A stretch of DNA of 64,000 nt from Octopus sinensis (taxonomy: Eukaryota). The notes beneath the pieces were generated by a model. The model made no database searches. It had not been told where the DNA came from and was given only the letters and a program-made list of their open reading frames with translations. The stretch covers positions 25,606,001 to 25,670,000 of the forward strand of contig NC_043004.1 of assembly GCF_006345805.1 (NCBI RefSeq). The letters run 5' to 3'. Shown one piece after another: positions 24,918 to 38,339 of the stretch; the first letter of the stretch is position 1; each line of letters begins with the position of its first letter. The translations under genes and the position numbers were made by a program.

Positions 24918-25156
24918 GCTTCCTATCAGCCTTGACACATTTCCTGTGTTCCTATGTTTACAAGGGGAAGATAAGCATACCCACCCAGCTAAGCCAGCAT
25001 CCAGAGACTAGTTTCTGAGTAATTGCTAGTCTTCAGTCTGAAGATGAGCAATGACTCAGAAACTAGTCTCTGGATGCTGGCTTAGCTGGGTGGGGGTGCT
25101 TATCTCCCTCTTGTAAACATAAGGACACAGGAAATGTGTCAATGCTTACAGGAAGC
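24918..25156. repeat. Imperfect inverted repeat (about 119-bp arms, axis at T25037) with two back-to-back minimal hammerhead motifs
   Basis: TCTTCAG-T-CTGAAGA at the axis. Plus copy: CTGAAGA tgag-caatga-ctca GAAAC TA GTC. The minus copy has the same core with a damaged stem II. Confidence 0.85.
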
Positions 25157-25889
25157 ATTGTGGCTTTATTAAAAAACAGCAAAATTATCACAAAAACTGT
25201 TATTCAGAGTTTCATGTTTCCGTTCATTGGACAATTTTGTTTAGAACGGAACAAAAATGAGGTTATGAGCAAACATATACAATCAGTTTAATAGATACAT
25301 ATTTTAAAATGGTTTTGTTTCATTGGTTCTTTCATCTAACAGTCTTTACAATAACCAGTTGCATGCAATGAACAAAATTCAGTATAAAATCATCTTATAA
25401 AATCAAAGAAAACCCTTAAATCAATAATAGTTTATAAACAAGGAGAGAGTCAAAATACCCAGTGTAAATAATTATTTGTAAAATATTAATCAATTAATAC
25501 ATTATGAATTATGTCCATTTAAAAACATCTTTATGTTGGATTATATATACATTTAGCTGTATATGCACATACCAAGACATCTACAATATACATGTATACA
25601 CTAAAACATACAGACACATGTACATAGCTACACACATAGGTTTTCTTCAATTTTATAAGATGATTTTATACCAAATTTTCATTGCAAGCAACTAGATATT
25701 GTGCAGACCATTAGTTAAAAAGACCAACGAAACAAAAGTATTTTCAAATGTGTAGCCATTAAACCAATTGCATATGTTTGCTTATAATCCTTTTTTTTTG
25801 TTTTATTCTATGCAAAACTGTCTGACAAAAGAGAATGTGAAACTCGGAGTAACAGTTTTTGTGACATTTTGCTGCTTTTTAATAGAGTA

Positions 25890-25897
25890 TATATACA

Positions 25898-25950
<53 letters not shown>

Positions 25951-26104
25951 ATATGTATGTATGTATGTATATATGTATGTATGTATGTATATATGTATGT
26001 ATGTATATATATACATATATATATTATATATATATATGTATGTATGTTATATATATCTGTATGTATGTATATATATATATATATATGTATTATATATATA
26101 TATG

Positions 26105-26148
<44 letters not shown>

Positions 26149-26252
26149 GTATATATATGTATATATATGTATATATGTATATATGTATATATATAGTATA
26201 TATATATGTATATATATGTATATATATATATATGTATATATATATATGTATG

Positions 26253-26285
<33 letters not shown>

Positions 26286-26407
26286 GTATATATGTATGTA
26301 TGTATATATATATATCTGTATATATATATATATCTGTATATATATATATCTGTATATATATATATATGTAATATATATATATAGTGTATATATATATATG
26401 TATATAG

Positions 26408-26450
<43 letters not shown>

Positions 26451-26773
26451 CAACAATTGAGGGTAAAATTAATTAATTAATCAATTTCACCAAGTGTTCA
26501 GTATGTAAAAGGACCATTTAAGGCGAATTCAAAATATTACATTATATAATTAGGGCTTAGTAAAATAAATTACTTTGCCACAGTATGTGGCAAAGTAATT
26601 TATTTTACTAAGCCCTAAGTATATAATGTATATATATATATATGTATGTATGATATATATATGTATGTATGTATATATATATGTATGTATGTGTGTATGT
26701 ATATATATGTGTGTATGTATATATATGTATGTATGTGTATATGTATATATGTATATGTATGTATATGTATATA

Positions 26774-26804
<31 letters not shown>

Positions 26805-27027
26805 ATTATATATATATAATATATGTATATATATATGTATATGTATATATATATGTATATATATATATGTATATATATGTATATATATATTATAATATAT
26901 ATGTATATATATGTATATATATATGTATGTATATGTATATATAATATGTATATATGTATATATATGTTGTGTATATGTATATATATGTGTGTGTATATAT
27001 ATATATATGTGTGTATATATATATACA

Positions 27028-27084
<57 letters not shown>

Positions 27085-27088
27085 ATAC

Positions 27089-27139
<51 letters not shown>

Positions 27140-27152
27140 CATATATATATAC

Positions 27153-27197
<45 letters not shown>

Positions 27198-27242
27198 CAT
27201 ATATATATATACATATATATATATACATATATATACATATAC

Positions 27243-27277
<35 letters not shown>

Positions 27278-27477
27278 CATATATACATATATATATATAC
27301 ATATATATATATACATATATATATATACATATATATATATACATATATATATACATATATATATATACATATATATATATACATATATATATATACATAT
27401 ATATATACATATATATATATACATATATATATACATATATATATACATATATATATATATACATATATATTATATAC

Positions 27478-27512
<35 letters not shown>

Positions 27513-27530
27513 CATATATATATAATATAC

Positions 27531-27596
<66 letters not shown>

Positions 27597-27606
27597 ATAT
27601 ATATAT

Positions 27607-27670
<64 letters not shown>

Positions 27671-27840
27671 CATATATATTATATATATATCATATATATA
27701 TATATATAATATTATATATATATATATATATATATACTATATATAATATATATATATACATATATATATATACATATATATATACATATATATATATACA
27801 TATATAATATACATATATATATACTATATATATATACATC

Positions 27841-27873
<33 letters not shown>

Positions 27874-27933
27874 GTAATATATTGTATATATATATATATA
27901 ATGTATATATTATGTATATATATATAATATATA

Positions 27934-27965
<32 letters not shown>

Positions 27966-28270
27966 GAATATATATATACATATATTATGTATATATATAT
28001 ATATATAGTATATATATATTATATACATATATATATATGTATATATATATGTATATATATATATATAGAATATATATATACAATATATATATATATATGA
28101 ATATATATATACATATTATATATGTATATATTATATATATATGTATATATATGTATATATATTATATATATGTATATATAATATATATATATAATATGAA
28201 TATATATACATATATATATATGTATACATATATATATATATATGTATATATATGTGTATATATATATATA
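25890..28270. repeat. About 2.4-kb compound (AT)n/(ATGT)n/(ATAC)n microsatellite with a 170-bp unique island (26452-26620)
   Basis: Direct reading; source of the poly-IY ORFs. Confidence 0.97.
26550..26618. repeat. Perfect 33-bp palindrome with 3-nt loop
   Basis: ttagggcttagtaaaataaattactttgccaca-gta-tgtggcaaagtaatttattttactaagccctaa. Confidence 0.95.
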
Positions 28271-28560
28271 TCACACAGTATTCCCTTATACTAGATAAGA
28301 ATATCTAAGGTGTTATCTAAGTTTAATAAGATTATCTATGAAGGAAAACAACCAATATCAATATAAGTAATCTCGATAAACCATGAATATACAAGCACAT
28401 TCCACTTTATCAGAACATAGGACAACCAAGAATAATGAGACTAATATATAAAAATTTGCAAACAAGCATAACAAATATGTATTCCCATCCCCATTATTGT
28501 GACCACTGGGCAGTACCGTTCAATCTAACAGAGTGAACTGCAATATGCATATTTATATCC

Positions 28561-28600
<40 letters not shown>

Positions 28601-28810
28601 CATATGTGTGCTTGTGTGTATATGTATGAGAAATTAGATGCACAGTAATGATATATAGCAAAATATCATCAGATTATAACTGCCATTTATCACAGAGATT
28701 GAGAAGGTAATTAACGTCAAAGTACAGGAACTGTGATGCTTGTCTATGGAAAATAAGAATATGGATAGATTGAGCTTATAATACAAAAAATAGAGAAATT
28801 GTTATATCAC

Positions 28811-28855
<45 letters not shown>

Positions 28856-29717
28856 TGCACACACACACAGACGTACATATATATATATATATATAACGAA
28901 TGTGGAAAAAGTAAGCAAAAATGAAAGATGGAAAGGGTGTGTTTTATTTCTTAAAATGCTGCATATGTGTTTCGGAAAATGGCTATGGCTTGGCAGGTTG
29001 CAGTGTTGGCTTTCTGTGGAAATATTCGATTGGGGGAATTCTTGTGACTCTAAATAAGGCACTTTGTCAGCCCTTTTTCTTTCCTTTTTCATATTTTTTT
29101 TACTTCCTGCTTCTGAATAAATGGACCTCAATCTATTGCTTCAGTGAATTACTGTTATTATTATTACTATTTTTATGATTATTATTATTACTATTGCAGT
29201 TAGCTGACATTAACTTGCTGGACTGAACATTTAGCAGCATTTCATCCATCTTTACATATTAAGTTCAAATTCTGCCAAGATCAACTTTGCCTTTCATTTT
29301 TCAGAGTTGATAAAATAAGTACCAGTTGAACTCTTGTGCATGATGTAATTGATTAGCCCACCCCATCAAAATTTCATGCCTTGTACCTATATTAGAAAGC
29401 ATTATGATTTTCATTAAGGTGGCAAGTTTGCATAATCTTTGACACACCAGGTGAAATGCTTAGTGGCATTTTGTCTATCTTTACATTCTGAGTTCAAATT
29501 CTGCCAAGTCGACTTTGCCTTTCATTCTTTCCCAGTCACTAAAACAAGTACTATCGGAGCACTGGGGTCAATGTAATTGACTTCCCCAACCCTCAAAATT
29601 GCTGGTCTTGTACCAAAATTAGAAAGGATTATTATTAAGGCAGCAAAATGACAGAATTGTTAGCATATCAGACAAAACACTTAATGACATTTCTTCTCAC
29701 TCTTTATATTTTGAGTT

Positions 29718-30466
29718 GGTAGACCCAGGAAAACCTGGGACGAGGTGGTGAAGAACAACCTTCGCGCTTTAGGTCTCACCGAGGAAATGACCAGAGACCG
29801 AGACCTTTGGAAGTATGCTGTGCGTGAGAAGACCCGGCAGGACACGTGAGGCCATAACCCATGGCCCCTACCTGGGACGTAGTCAGTCCACCTGTGCATA
29901 CCTTCCTTCTTGGGACACTTGTGAAGACCTGTTGAGGCAAGTGAAAATCAAAATCAAATCAAATCAAATCAAAATCGATGAACATCAATGGAATTTGTAT
30001 TTTTGTGGTACCAGTGCCAGTGGCACATAAGAAAACCATCCGAATGTGGCCGTAGCCAGTACCGCATCGACTGGCCTCCATGCTGTGGGCACGTAACAAA
30101 CATCATCCAATCGTGGCCGTTCGCCAGCCTCGTCTGGCACCTGTGTCGGTGGCACATAAAAAAACACCATCCGAGCGTGGCCGTTCGCCAGCCTTGTCTG
30201 GCACCTGTGTCGGTGGCACATAAAAAAAACACCATCCAAGCATGGCCGTTCGCCAGTCTCGTCTGGCACCTGTGTCGGTGGAACATAAAAAGCACCCACT
30301 ACACTCACGGAGTGGTTGACGTTAGGAAGGGCATCCAGCCGTAGAAACACTCGCAGATCAGACTGGGCCTGACGCAGCCTTCTGGCTTCACAGACCCCAG
30401 TTGAACCGTCCAGCCCATGCTAGCATGGAAAGCGGATGTTAAACGATGATGATGATGATGATGATG
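29718..30466 (+). mobile_element. 5'-truncated RTE LINE (last codons plus 3'UTR plus (GAT)n) nested in a SINE
   Basis: GRPRKTWDEVVKNNLRALGLTEEMTRDRDLWKYAVREKTRQDT*; three roughly 61-bp tandem units in the UTR. Confidence 0.9.
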
Positions 30467-32096
30467 AATTCCCATTAGAGTAATATTTGCCTTTCATTCT
30501 TTCAGGGTTGATAACATATAGAATCAGTCAAGTATGGATGTTGATGTAATCAATTAACCTCCTCCCCTCAGAATTTCTGATCTTTTGCTAAAATTTGAAA
30601 TGATAATTATTATTATTACAATCAATGTTTTCCTCCTCCATTTTACACTGATAGGAAAGGCTTTTCTGCCAGCTAACCCATTCTCCTTTTCCTCAAATAA
30701 TCTCCCTTTATGATTGTATAAAATGCAGTATCTTTTTGTTTTAATGTTTCTAAAATGTTTATGTTTGTTCTTCAGACATGTGTTCAGTGTTATTCTTTAA
30801 ACAACCTTAACTATGAAATGAAATCAAAGAGGGAAATCTTTATTAAAAAGAACCAATGTTTTGCAGATCTTATAAAATGTATGACCAAACTAGAAATAAG
30901 GTACCTGTCACGTACTGGACTTCATGTAATTCACCAACCCTCTCCCTAAAATTTCTGGCCTTATACCTCTATTAGAAACTATTATTATTATAGTTAGGGA
31001 AGTGGATTGGCAGAATCATTAGAGTATCAGACAAAATGCCACAAGGCATTTCTTTCATCTCTTTATGGTCTGAGTTCAAATTCACTTTGAGGTCAATGTA
31101 ATCAATAAATCTCCCTGACAGTGTGTCAAAACTAGAAAGAATTATTATTAAGAAGAGAAGGGTGGCAGATAGCAGAACCCATAGAACATACCTTGTGGTA
31201 TTATGTTACTCCTGTTGTATTCTCAGGTTTAATCCTGCTCTACTCAACTTCCTTCTGGGAGGTTGAGAAAAGAAATACCAATCAATTGCTAGGGTTGATC
31301 TTATTTGTTATACCCTCGTCCAAAATGTGTTGGATCTCCATCAGATATGATGAAATAACATCATATTGATAGTGATTGTGCCATGTCTGATCCAGTGATA
31401 TATGCAACTCTTTATGGAGTTGATAAAATCAGTGAAATACTGGAGTTAAGTGACTCTTGCCCAGTCTCAAAACATAAGGTTTTCAGTGTCAGCAAACATT
31501 ATTGTGTTGGTGATAAAGGCAGTGTAAATTTGACAAAGTAACATATCAGAAAAATGAAGGCCATGAGTTTGATCACACTTTTCATAAGATTTCTGTAAGA
31601 GTTTTGCATTTAATATAATTTCATAGTTAAGGTTATTTAAAGCATAATAATGAACACACATTTGAAGAACAAGCATAATAAATATTTTTGGAATGAGATA
31701 ATCTGAGTTTTTTTTTAAAGAAACCATTGTTGTTTAGATCAGCTTATAAGGCTTAAAGGGAACATCTTAGTGGAAAAGGAAAACAGGTTGAGTGAGCATG
31801 AAATTTTTCCTATCAACATAAAATGTAATGATGGGTTGCCAATAATCACATCAAATATGTTCTTCTGATTTTGAAAATAATTTGAATAAGAAGAAAATAT
31901 TTACTATTTGTAAATATGGACATTGAATTATATATAGACCAGTATTTCTCTATATAGATATTTAATTAACATTTTCCACTGCATACATGAAAATGGCTTT
32001 ATCCTAAGCCACTTTCATGTAGTTAAATACAGAATGTGGTTTTGTTATCAGTGACAGAATACAGTAGCAAAGGGGTATAATTCAATGTGTCTGTGA

Positions 32097-32944
32097 TGAG
32101 GTTTATACTACTGTATCAAATGGTTCCTAGACTAGCTATGTTTAATAAAAAAATAACTCATTTACCTAAGTTTTAACATCTCTTTTGAAATAGTCACCTT
32201 GCACAGCAATATACCAGTCCCAATGTTTCTGCCACTTTTGGAATCCAGCCCGGAAGTCGTTTTCTGTAAGCAAGTCGAAGATCTGCAGCTCGCTCTGGAT
32301 CTTGACAATGGTGTTAAAACGGTGACCTTAGAGCTGCATTTTCATCTTGGGGAAGAGATAGAAGACTGTAGGTGCTAAATCAAATGAGTTCAGAAGCAAT
32401 ACATCGTTTTTGATGAGAAACTCACAAGTGAAGAGAGCTTGGTGACAGGGTGCATTGTCATTGTGAAGAATCTAATTCTTCATGCTCCACAGATCCAGTC
32501 ACTTTCAACAAATATCCTCCCTCAAATACTTAAAAAACATCACAGTAGAACTCTTGAATGACAGTCTGGCCCTGGGAGTGTCTTCCAAATAGCTCATTAT
32601 CTTCCAGGGACGTTCTGCTTTTGAAGTGCCTGTGCCAATCAAACATTATGTATGACCCATTGCCATAAGCTTGCCAAAGCATGCGCAATGTTTCTGTAGC
32701 AGACTTCCTGAGTTTAATGCAAAATTTCACGTTTGTTCTCTATTCCTGTCCTTGACAAAATCACTGACTACAGCATACGTATGGTTATAAAACACAAATT
32801 TCACAACTTGCAAAGTAAACACAGTGATGGCACTCAGCATACGGCCTCATGAAGGTCACTGCTATCTCTCTGTGCATGCAACCAGGTACTGCCATCTGTT
32901 GGTGTGCTACAGAACTAGTCCAGGAACTTTTTGATACTACCTCA
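32097..32944 (-). mobile_element. Internally deleted mariner with both TIRs
   Basis: KFCIKLRKSATET, LHNDNAPCH, DLAP, QGDYF; TGAGGTAGTATCAAAAAGTTCC-type ends. Confidence 0.85.
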
Positions 32945-33059
32945 TACTTTCAATGAATGTTTTCTCCCTTTTGTTGTAGAAAATTTAGAGGTTGGCTCAC
33001 AGGAAAACAGAGATGCTAACCTAACATGAAACTTTTTTGTGGACCACCCGAAAATACGA

Positions 33060-33600
33060 GTATGAATGTTTAAAGAGGAGACTTGTAGGTTTGTAAAACA
33101 AAGGAGAACTATAAATCCATCTAGTAACATTACTAAAAATGGTCTGGCTATTTCTCTGATATTGGAGGAGAAATACTGCAGGTATATAGGGGTGGATGAA
33201 AATATTTTCTATGAAAAGACTAAAATGGAATTTATAAACAGATTATATAAAACCAGAATAAAGAAAATATGTTTCTCTTAACTTTCTGCATACAATAAAT
33301 TGACAACCCACAATATGTTTGCTGTGCCCATGCTCATTTGAGTTATGAATGTTAAATCATTCATGTAGTTATTCCTTACTGGAAATTTCCACATCAGTAG
33401 TAATGCAGGTCACCTCTAAAATGAAAACAAGATGGTAGTGTCTGCATACATGAAGCCAATAACATTATGACAGTTGGAAAAGAGCTTTATATTCCTTGAT
33501 CAAGGATATACACCCAAAGAAGTCACACAACTCTACTGCAATAGGTTGTCAGAAAAGACCAACAAAAGGTCATGAATGGTTTTACTCCCCATATGACTGC
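33060..33600 (+). mobile_element. R4/Dong-like RT fragment
   Basis: YCRYIGVDENI..RIKKICFS*LSAYNKLTTHNMFAVPML..HPK. Confidence 0.6.
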
Positions 33601-33789
33601 TCCCAGCATATGATTTGCCCTTGCTGCAGGCTCCATATGAAAGGGGCTGTCTTCAACCTGTTGCATCCTGATATGATGTCATCTCCTCCCTCTTTTCTGG
33701 TATTTCATGACCTCAATCACTCATCCTTCCTCCACACACACACACCCTGATCTAAAGATCATTGCTTCTCTATTCCATTTCGTAATCAT

Positions 33790-35160
33790 CCATCTATTTG
33801 GTGTGTGGGGCAGTGGGTGGAGTGACATTCCTTTGAGATCTCTGTAGGGTCACTGGGCTGGCTTCTCCCTTTCCTTCATCTTTGGAAGAGCTAATCACCC
33901 TTAAAATATCCAAGACGTGATATGGCATTCCATCCATTGATACATTATTTGGAGTACTGATCATGGTCATCCTTCCTTTTTCCCCACTGCATTGTGCACC
34001 AAGCATTTGGGGGCTTCACCCACACTTTGTCTCCAGCCTGTACAGATGCAACCCCTTCCACCTCTGGCTGCTGCAGCACCATGCCCAGTTGTCTCCATTT
34101 GTACTGGAGTGTAGCCCTTTGCAGGACAGACTCTTCAGTTTGTCCTACCTGGGTTACATGTATCAGAAGACTGCCTCCATGGGGGAGATTCATCCCTTCT
34201 CAGCCATAGCTTTAATTGTATGATGGTGCTGTTACACAATCCCATGATGCTTATATGCAACTCTGGAGAAGTGTCTTATGTTCCACCTTCCAAGCATCTC
34301 CCTCAGTTGCTCTGAGTAAAAAACTGTGCTATTGCCTATCAATCGCTCATCTACAGGACCCTTTTCCAAGAACACTGCATTTAGCACTTCTGTGATTTCA
34401 GTAGCAGTCTCCACCCTGATTTCTCTCCATATAGTTATCTGCCCTGGCCCCAAGTTGATCATCAAGAGGTATACCTTTCTCTGATAGTGTATCACATCAA
34501 TGGCTAACCTTTTCCAGTCTTCCTCCACATGAATCTTCCCTGTTTCATGTGCACTCAGTGCAGGGTTGATGGATTGTCACCTGTTGCAATTCCCCACTAC
34601 CTTCCAAACACCCTCCTTGGCGACATCAGGGTTGACCATCCTGGCCAATAACAATGTCCTGTCGTCCCCCATGTTGTGCAGCCTCTTCAGTTCTGTGCTC
34701 TGCAGCCGACAAACTACAGTTACTCCACTCAGAACATACCCTGCTGTTTCCAGCTAATGGTTTTTTTACTCTGGTTAGAACATCTACCTTATTCCTTTCT
34801 GGGGGCACAAAAACCACATGCAACACCAGGATGAACTCAGCAGTTAGCGCCCTCAGGATACCCAGGTGATGCTTAATCACCATTTCCATGGCCCCTTTCA
34901 TGTAAATTCTTTTCTGGTTGATAATTAATGATACCCACCACTGCACTATGGTAGAATCAGCCCAAACCTCAACAGCTTGTAGTCACCATCTCAGCACTAG
35001 GTTCATGCCCTTTAATACAGCATCCAGTTCAGCTACATTGATATGTAGTCGTTCTTCTTCCTAAGCCTCACTATGTCTTCCACCTCAACACCTATTTCCA
35101 GAATGATTCTCAACACTATACTGCTCACATCGCACCACATGATCCCATTTTTTTGTATCT
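33790..35160 (-). mobile_element. Gypsy-like LTR retrotransposon pol fragment (RNase H plus integrase), degraded
   Basis: INVAELDAVLKG, NKVDVLTRV, WKRLAIDVIHY..GP.., HGIV, GDKVWVKPP..NVSMDGMPYHVLD. Confidence 0.85.
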
Positions 35161-35394
35161 AACGGGTGCTCTGTCACTTATGACAACAAGGGTTCCAGTT
35201 GATCTGATCAGCAGAACAGCCTGGTCATGAAATTAACATGCAGGTGTACCCTTAACATAGTTAACAGACATGTGTACTCTTAACATAGTTAACAGACACG
35301 TGAACCCTTAACATTGGGGAGAATCAGTGTGACGAAAGGCTTGCCGAAATCTTTCCAACTGTTAATGTAGTTCATAGAATATATCTGAGCTTGA

Positions 35395-35785
35395 TGGTCA
35401 CTAGCTGTTCAGAAGAGAGGAATTCAATAAATTGGGACTGATAAAAAATTATCTGACTGCTACTATGATATATGAAAGATTAAGTGTTTTTAACCATTTG
35501 GATGTAGAAAGCAGTGTTCTAAAGAGGATTTTTTTAGATACCAAGTGTAGAAAGAAAGTTTTTTGTATGTATTGTGTTAAGTTGGTAAATCTTGCTGTAC
35601 ATAGTTTAGATGACAAAATTTTGCATTGACGGATGCATTTAAACTTTCTATGTGCCGACTAGTCAATTTCAATTACATGCAATAGGCACATTTAGTAATT
35701 TTTCATGGGTTTTAATTTCTGTGTATAAGGGGGTTACTGAACTTGAAGTACCCTGGGCCCCCACAAGCTTTAAATCCAGCACTAT
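35395..35785 (+). mobile_element. hAT dimerisation-domain remnant plus right end
   Basis: LIKNYLTATMIYERLSVFNHLDVES; gggccccacaagctttaaatccagcact terminus. Confidence 0.65.
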
Positions 35786-35794
35786 ATACATATA

Positions 35795-37009
35795 TTGGGT
35801 CATCCCATAATAATGCTGTTTTTTCAATTGCATGAACTAAAAGTTGGAGGGGGACAGGATAAACTACCTGCATCAACTTGCTATAAAAGCAGGTACTAAT
35901 TTTACCTTGTACTTATTCTTAGTGCAAGTTTTGAAGAGTGCAGTTCGATTTTAACAGTTATTTTTCAAAGCTATAATGGAAGTGACAAAGAAGCATATTT
36001 TGCTTTATGAGTCCAATACAGGCAACAACGCAACGGAAGGTGCAAGGAATATTAATGCAGTATATGGGGATCAGACAATAAACATAAGCCAGTATCAACA
36101 GAGGTTTCAGAAATTCCAAGATGGAAACTACAGCCTAGGAGATGAGCCTCATCCTGGAAGATCTGCAAACCCTGGTGGAACAAAATTCCATTGTAACTAT
36201 TGAGGAACTAGCAGAGAAGCTTGGATTTGGTCATTCAACCATTCATCGACACCTGCATACCATCAGAAAAGTCAGTAAATTGAGTTAATGGGTTCCTCAC
36301 AAACTTTCCGAGTCTAATCATACACAGAGAGTGAATGTGTGCTCTTCTTTGCTGTCACGTCTCATGAATGAATTTTTGGGGGACTGAATAGTGACTAATA
36401 ATGAGAAATGGGTTCTCTATAAAAACGTCAAGCTCCAAAGACAGAGGATAGGGAAAGAAGAAACACCGGCACCCCAGGCTAAAGAAGGTCTTCACCCATT
36501 TAAGGTGTTGTTATCTGTCTGGTGGGATATGAAAGGTTTAGTCCACTTTCAACCTTTAAACCCAAACCAAACAATTACAAAGGAGATCTACTGCAAGCGG
36601 CTTGGGTGGCTTAAGTCAGCACTACAAGAAAATCAACCATCTTTGGTTTCAAGACGAAAGGTGTTCTTCCATCAAGATAATGCTTGGCTGCATACAGCAA
36701 AGATGACATTCCAAAGACTGGAGCAGTTGGAATGGGAAACAATGCCCCACCTACCATATTCACCAGACATTGCCCCATCTGATTATCATTTATTCTGTAG
36801 TCTTCAAAATCATTTGGACAGAAAGAAATATGAATTCTGTAGACAAGGTCAGAATAGTACTAGAAGAGTATTTTTCATCATAGACAAGTGAATTTTCAAA
36901 GAGGGGCCTTGCAAGTCTACCAGACAGATGGAAAAACATTGTTGAAAATGAATGAGTATATTTTAGATTAAAAAAGAACTTTATCTTAATTTTGAAAAAT
37001 AAAACCCAA
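35795..37009 (+). mobile_element. Near full-length mariner, transposase frameshifted
   Basis: MEVTKKHI, WVPHKLS, VTNNEKW, HQDNA, YSPDIAPSDYHLF; TA-TTGGGTC ... ACCCAA-TA ends. Confidence 0.92.
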
Positions 37010-37960
37010 TATATATGCAAATACACACACACACATTTATTCTGTTTTTTCAGGCAATCCCTCTTCCTTGAAACAGTTGGAATTTGCTACTAGTCTTGAG
37101 GTGACTCTGCAGGCTGTTAAGATATAGGGTGAAAAGTTGCTAGTAACTTTCAACCCTAACAAGATCAAATTCATGCAAATGGGAGGAAGATAGGGATCCA
37201 GCTTCAGAAGTGATTCTCTAATTTAATTGGTCCCTCACTTGCTTCTACCCTGCAACTCATTACATTAAGGTGGTGTTGACAGTCTTAGTCATTTCTATTG
37301 TTATTACTACAGGAAGTGCTCTGATGAACTCTTTCTCTTTGTTCCAGATCATTTGTCTCTAAACTCAGTGTTTTTATCCAAATGCTGTTGTGCTTCTACG
37401 TATAAGGAAGTCTTTCTATGGTCATATCTTTTTCCTCGAACTGCCAGCATTTGGAACTCTTTGATAGTGTAAATCTAGGCCAAATACACTGTATAAACCA
37501 TCAAAATAAACTTATTAATATACCAACTATTCATCTTTTAATAAAAGGGGAGATAAGACAACCCTAGTTGTCTTGACACAAAACGTTATTCAATGTCTAT
37601 TTTTATTCATCCAATTGTAACACAATTCTATAATGTGACATTTCCTGACTCACGCATTATCATGTAGCTTACACCTTTTCATCTAATCATGTGGCACTTA
37701 GTTGACTATCAGGTGACATTTTTTTAATACATTGACTCATTTTATGGAGTTACTCTTTTTACTTCAGGGCGCTTGTTAGTACAATCATATTCGTTTACAT
37801 CATGGACAATTGGAATTAGTTTACCTTTTTACATTTTGTTTTGGAATTATTATCATTACTACATAGCATCCTTTCTTCTTCCAAAGAAATTTTCAAGAAA
37901 GCTGCCTTAGCTAATAGTGGCTTCAAAGATAAATTAACATGTAATCACTCTAATAATAAT

Positions 37961-38314
37961 CAGTGGTTAGGGCAGCGGACTCGCGGTTTCGATTCCCAGA
38001 CCGGGCGTTGTGAGTGTTTATTGAGCGAAAACACCTAAAAGCTCCACGAGGCTCCAGCAGGGGATGGTGGTGATCCCTGCTGTACTCTTTCACCACAACT
38101 TTCTCTCACTCTTACTTCCTGTTTCTGTTGTACCTGTATTTCAAGGGGCTGGCCTTGTCACTCTCTGTGTCACGCTGAATATCCCTGAGAACTGCGTTAA
38201 GGGTACACGTGTCTGTGGAGTGCTCAGCCACTTACACGTTAATTTCACGAGCAGGCTGTTCCGTTGATTCGGATCAACCGGAATCCTCGTCGTCGTAACC
38301 GACGGAGTGCTTCC
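37961..38314 (+). mobile_element. tRNA-derived SINE
   Basis: Head as at 5939; tail matches the reverse complement of 52212-52370. Confidence 0.85.
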
Positions 38315-38339
38315 ATCCAATCAAAATATTAAAAATAGA

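Noticed and set aside
25768-28294. Long poly-(IY/MY) ORFs, also at 42551-43015
   Set aside because: Translations of AT/ATGT microsatellite that lack stops by composition.
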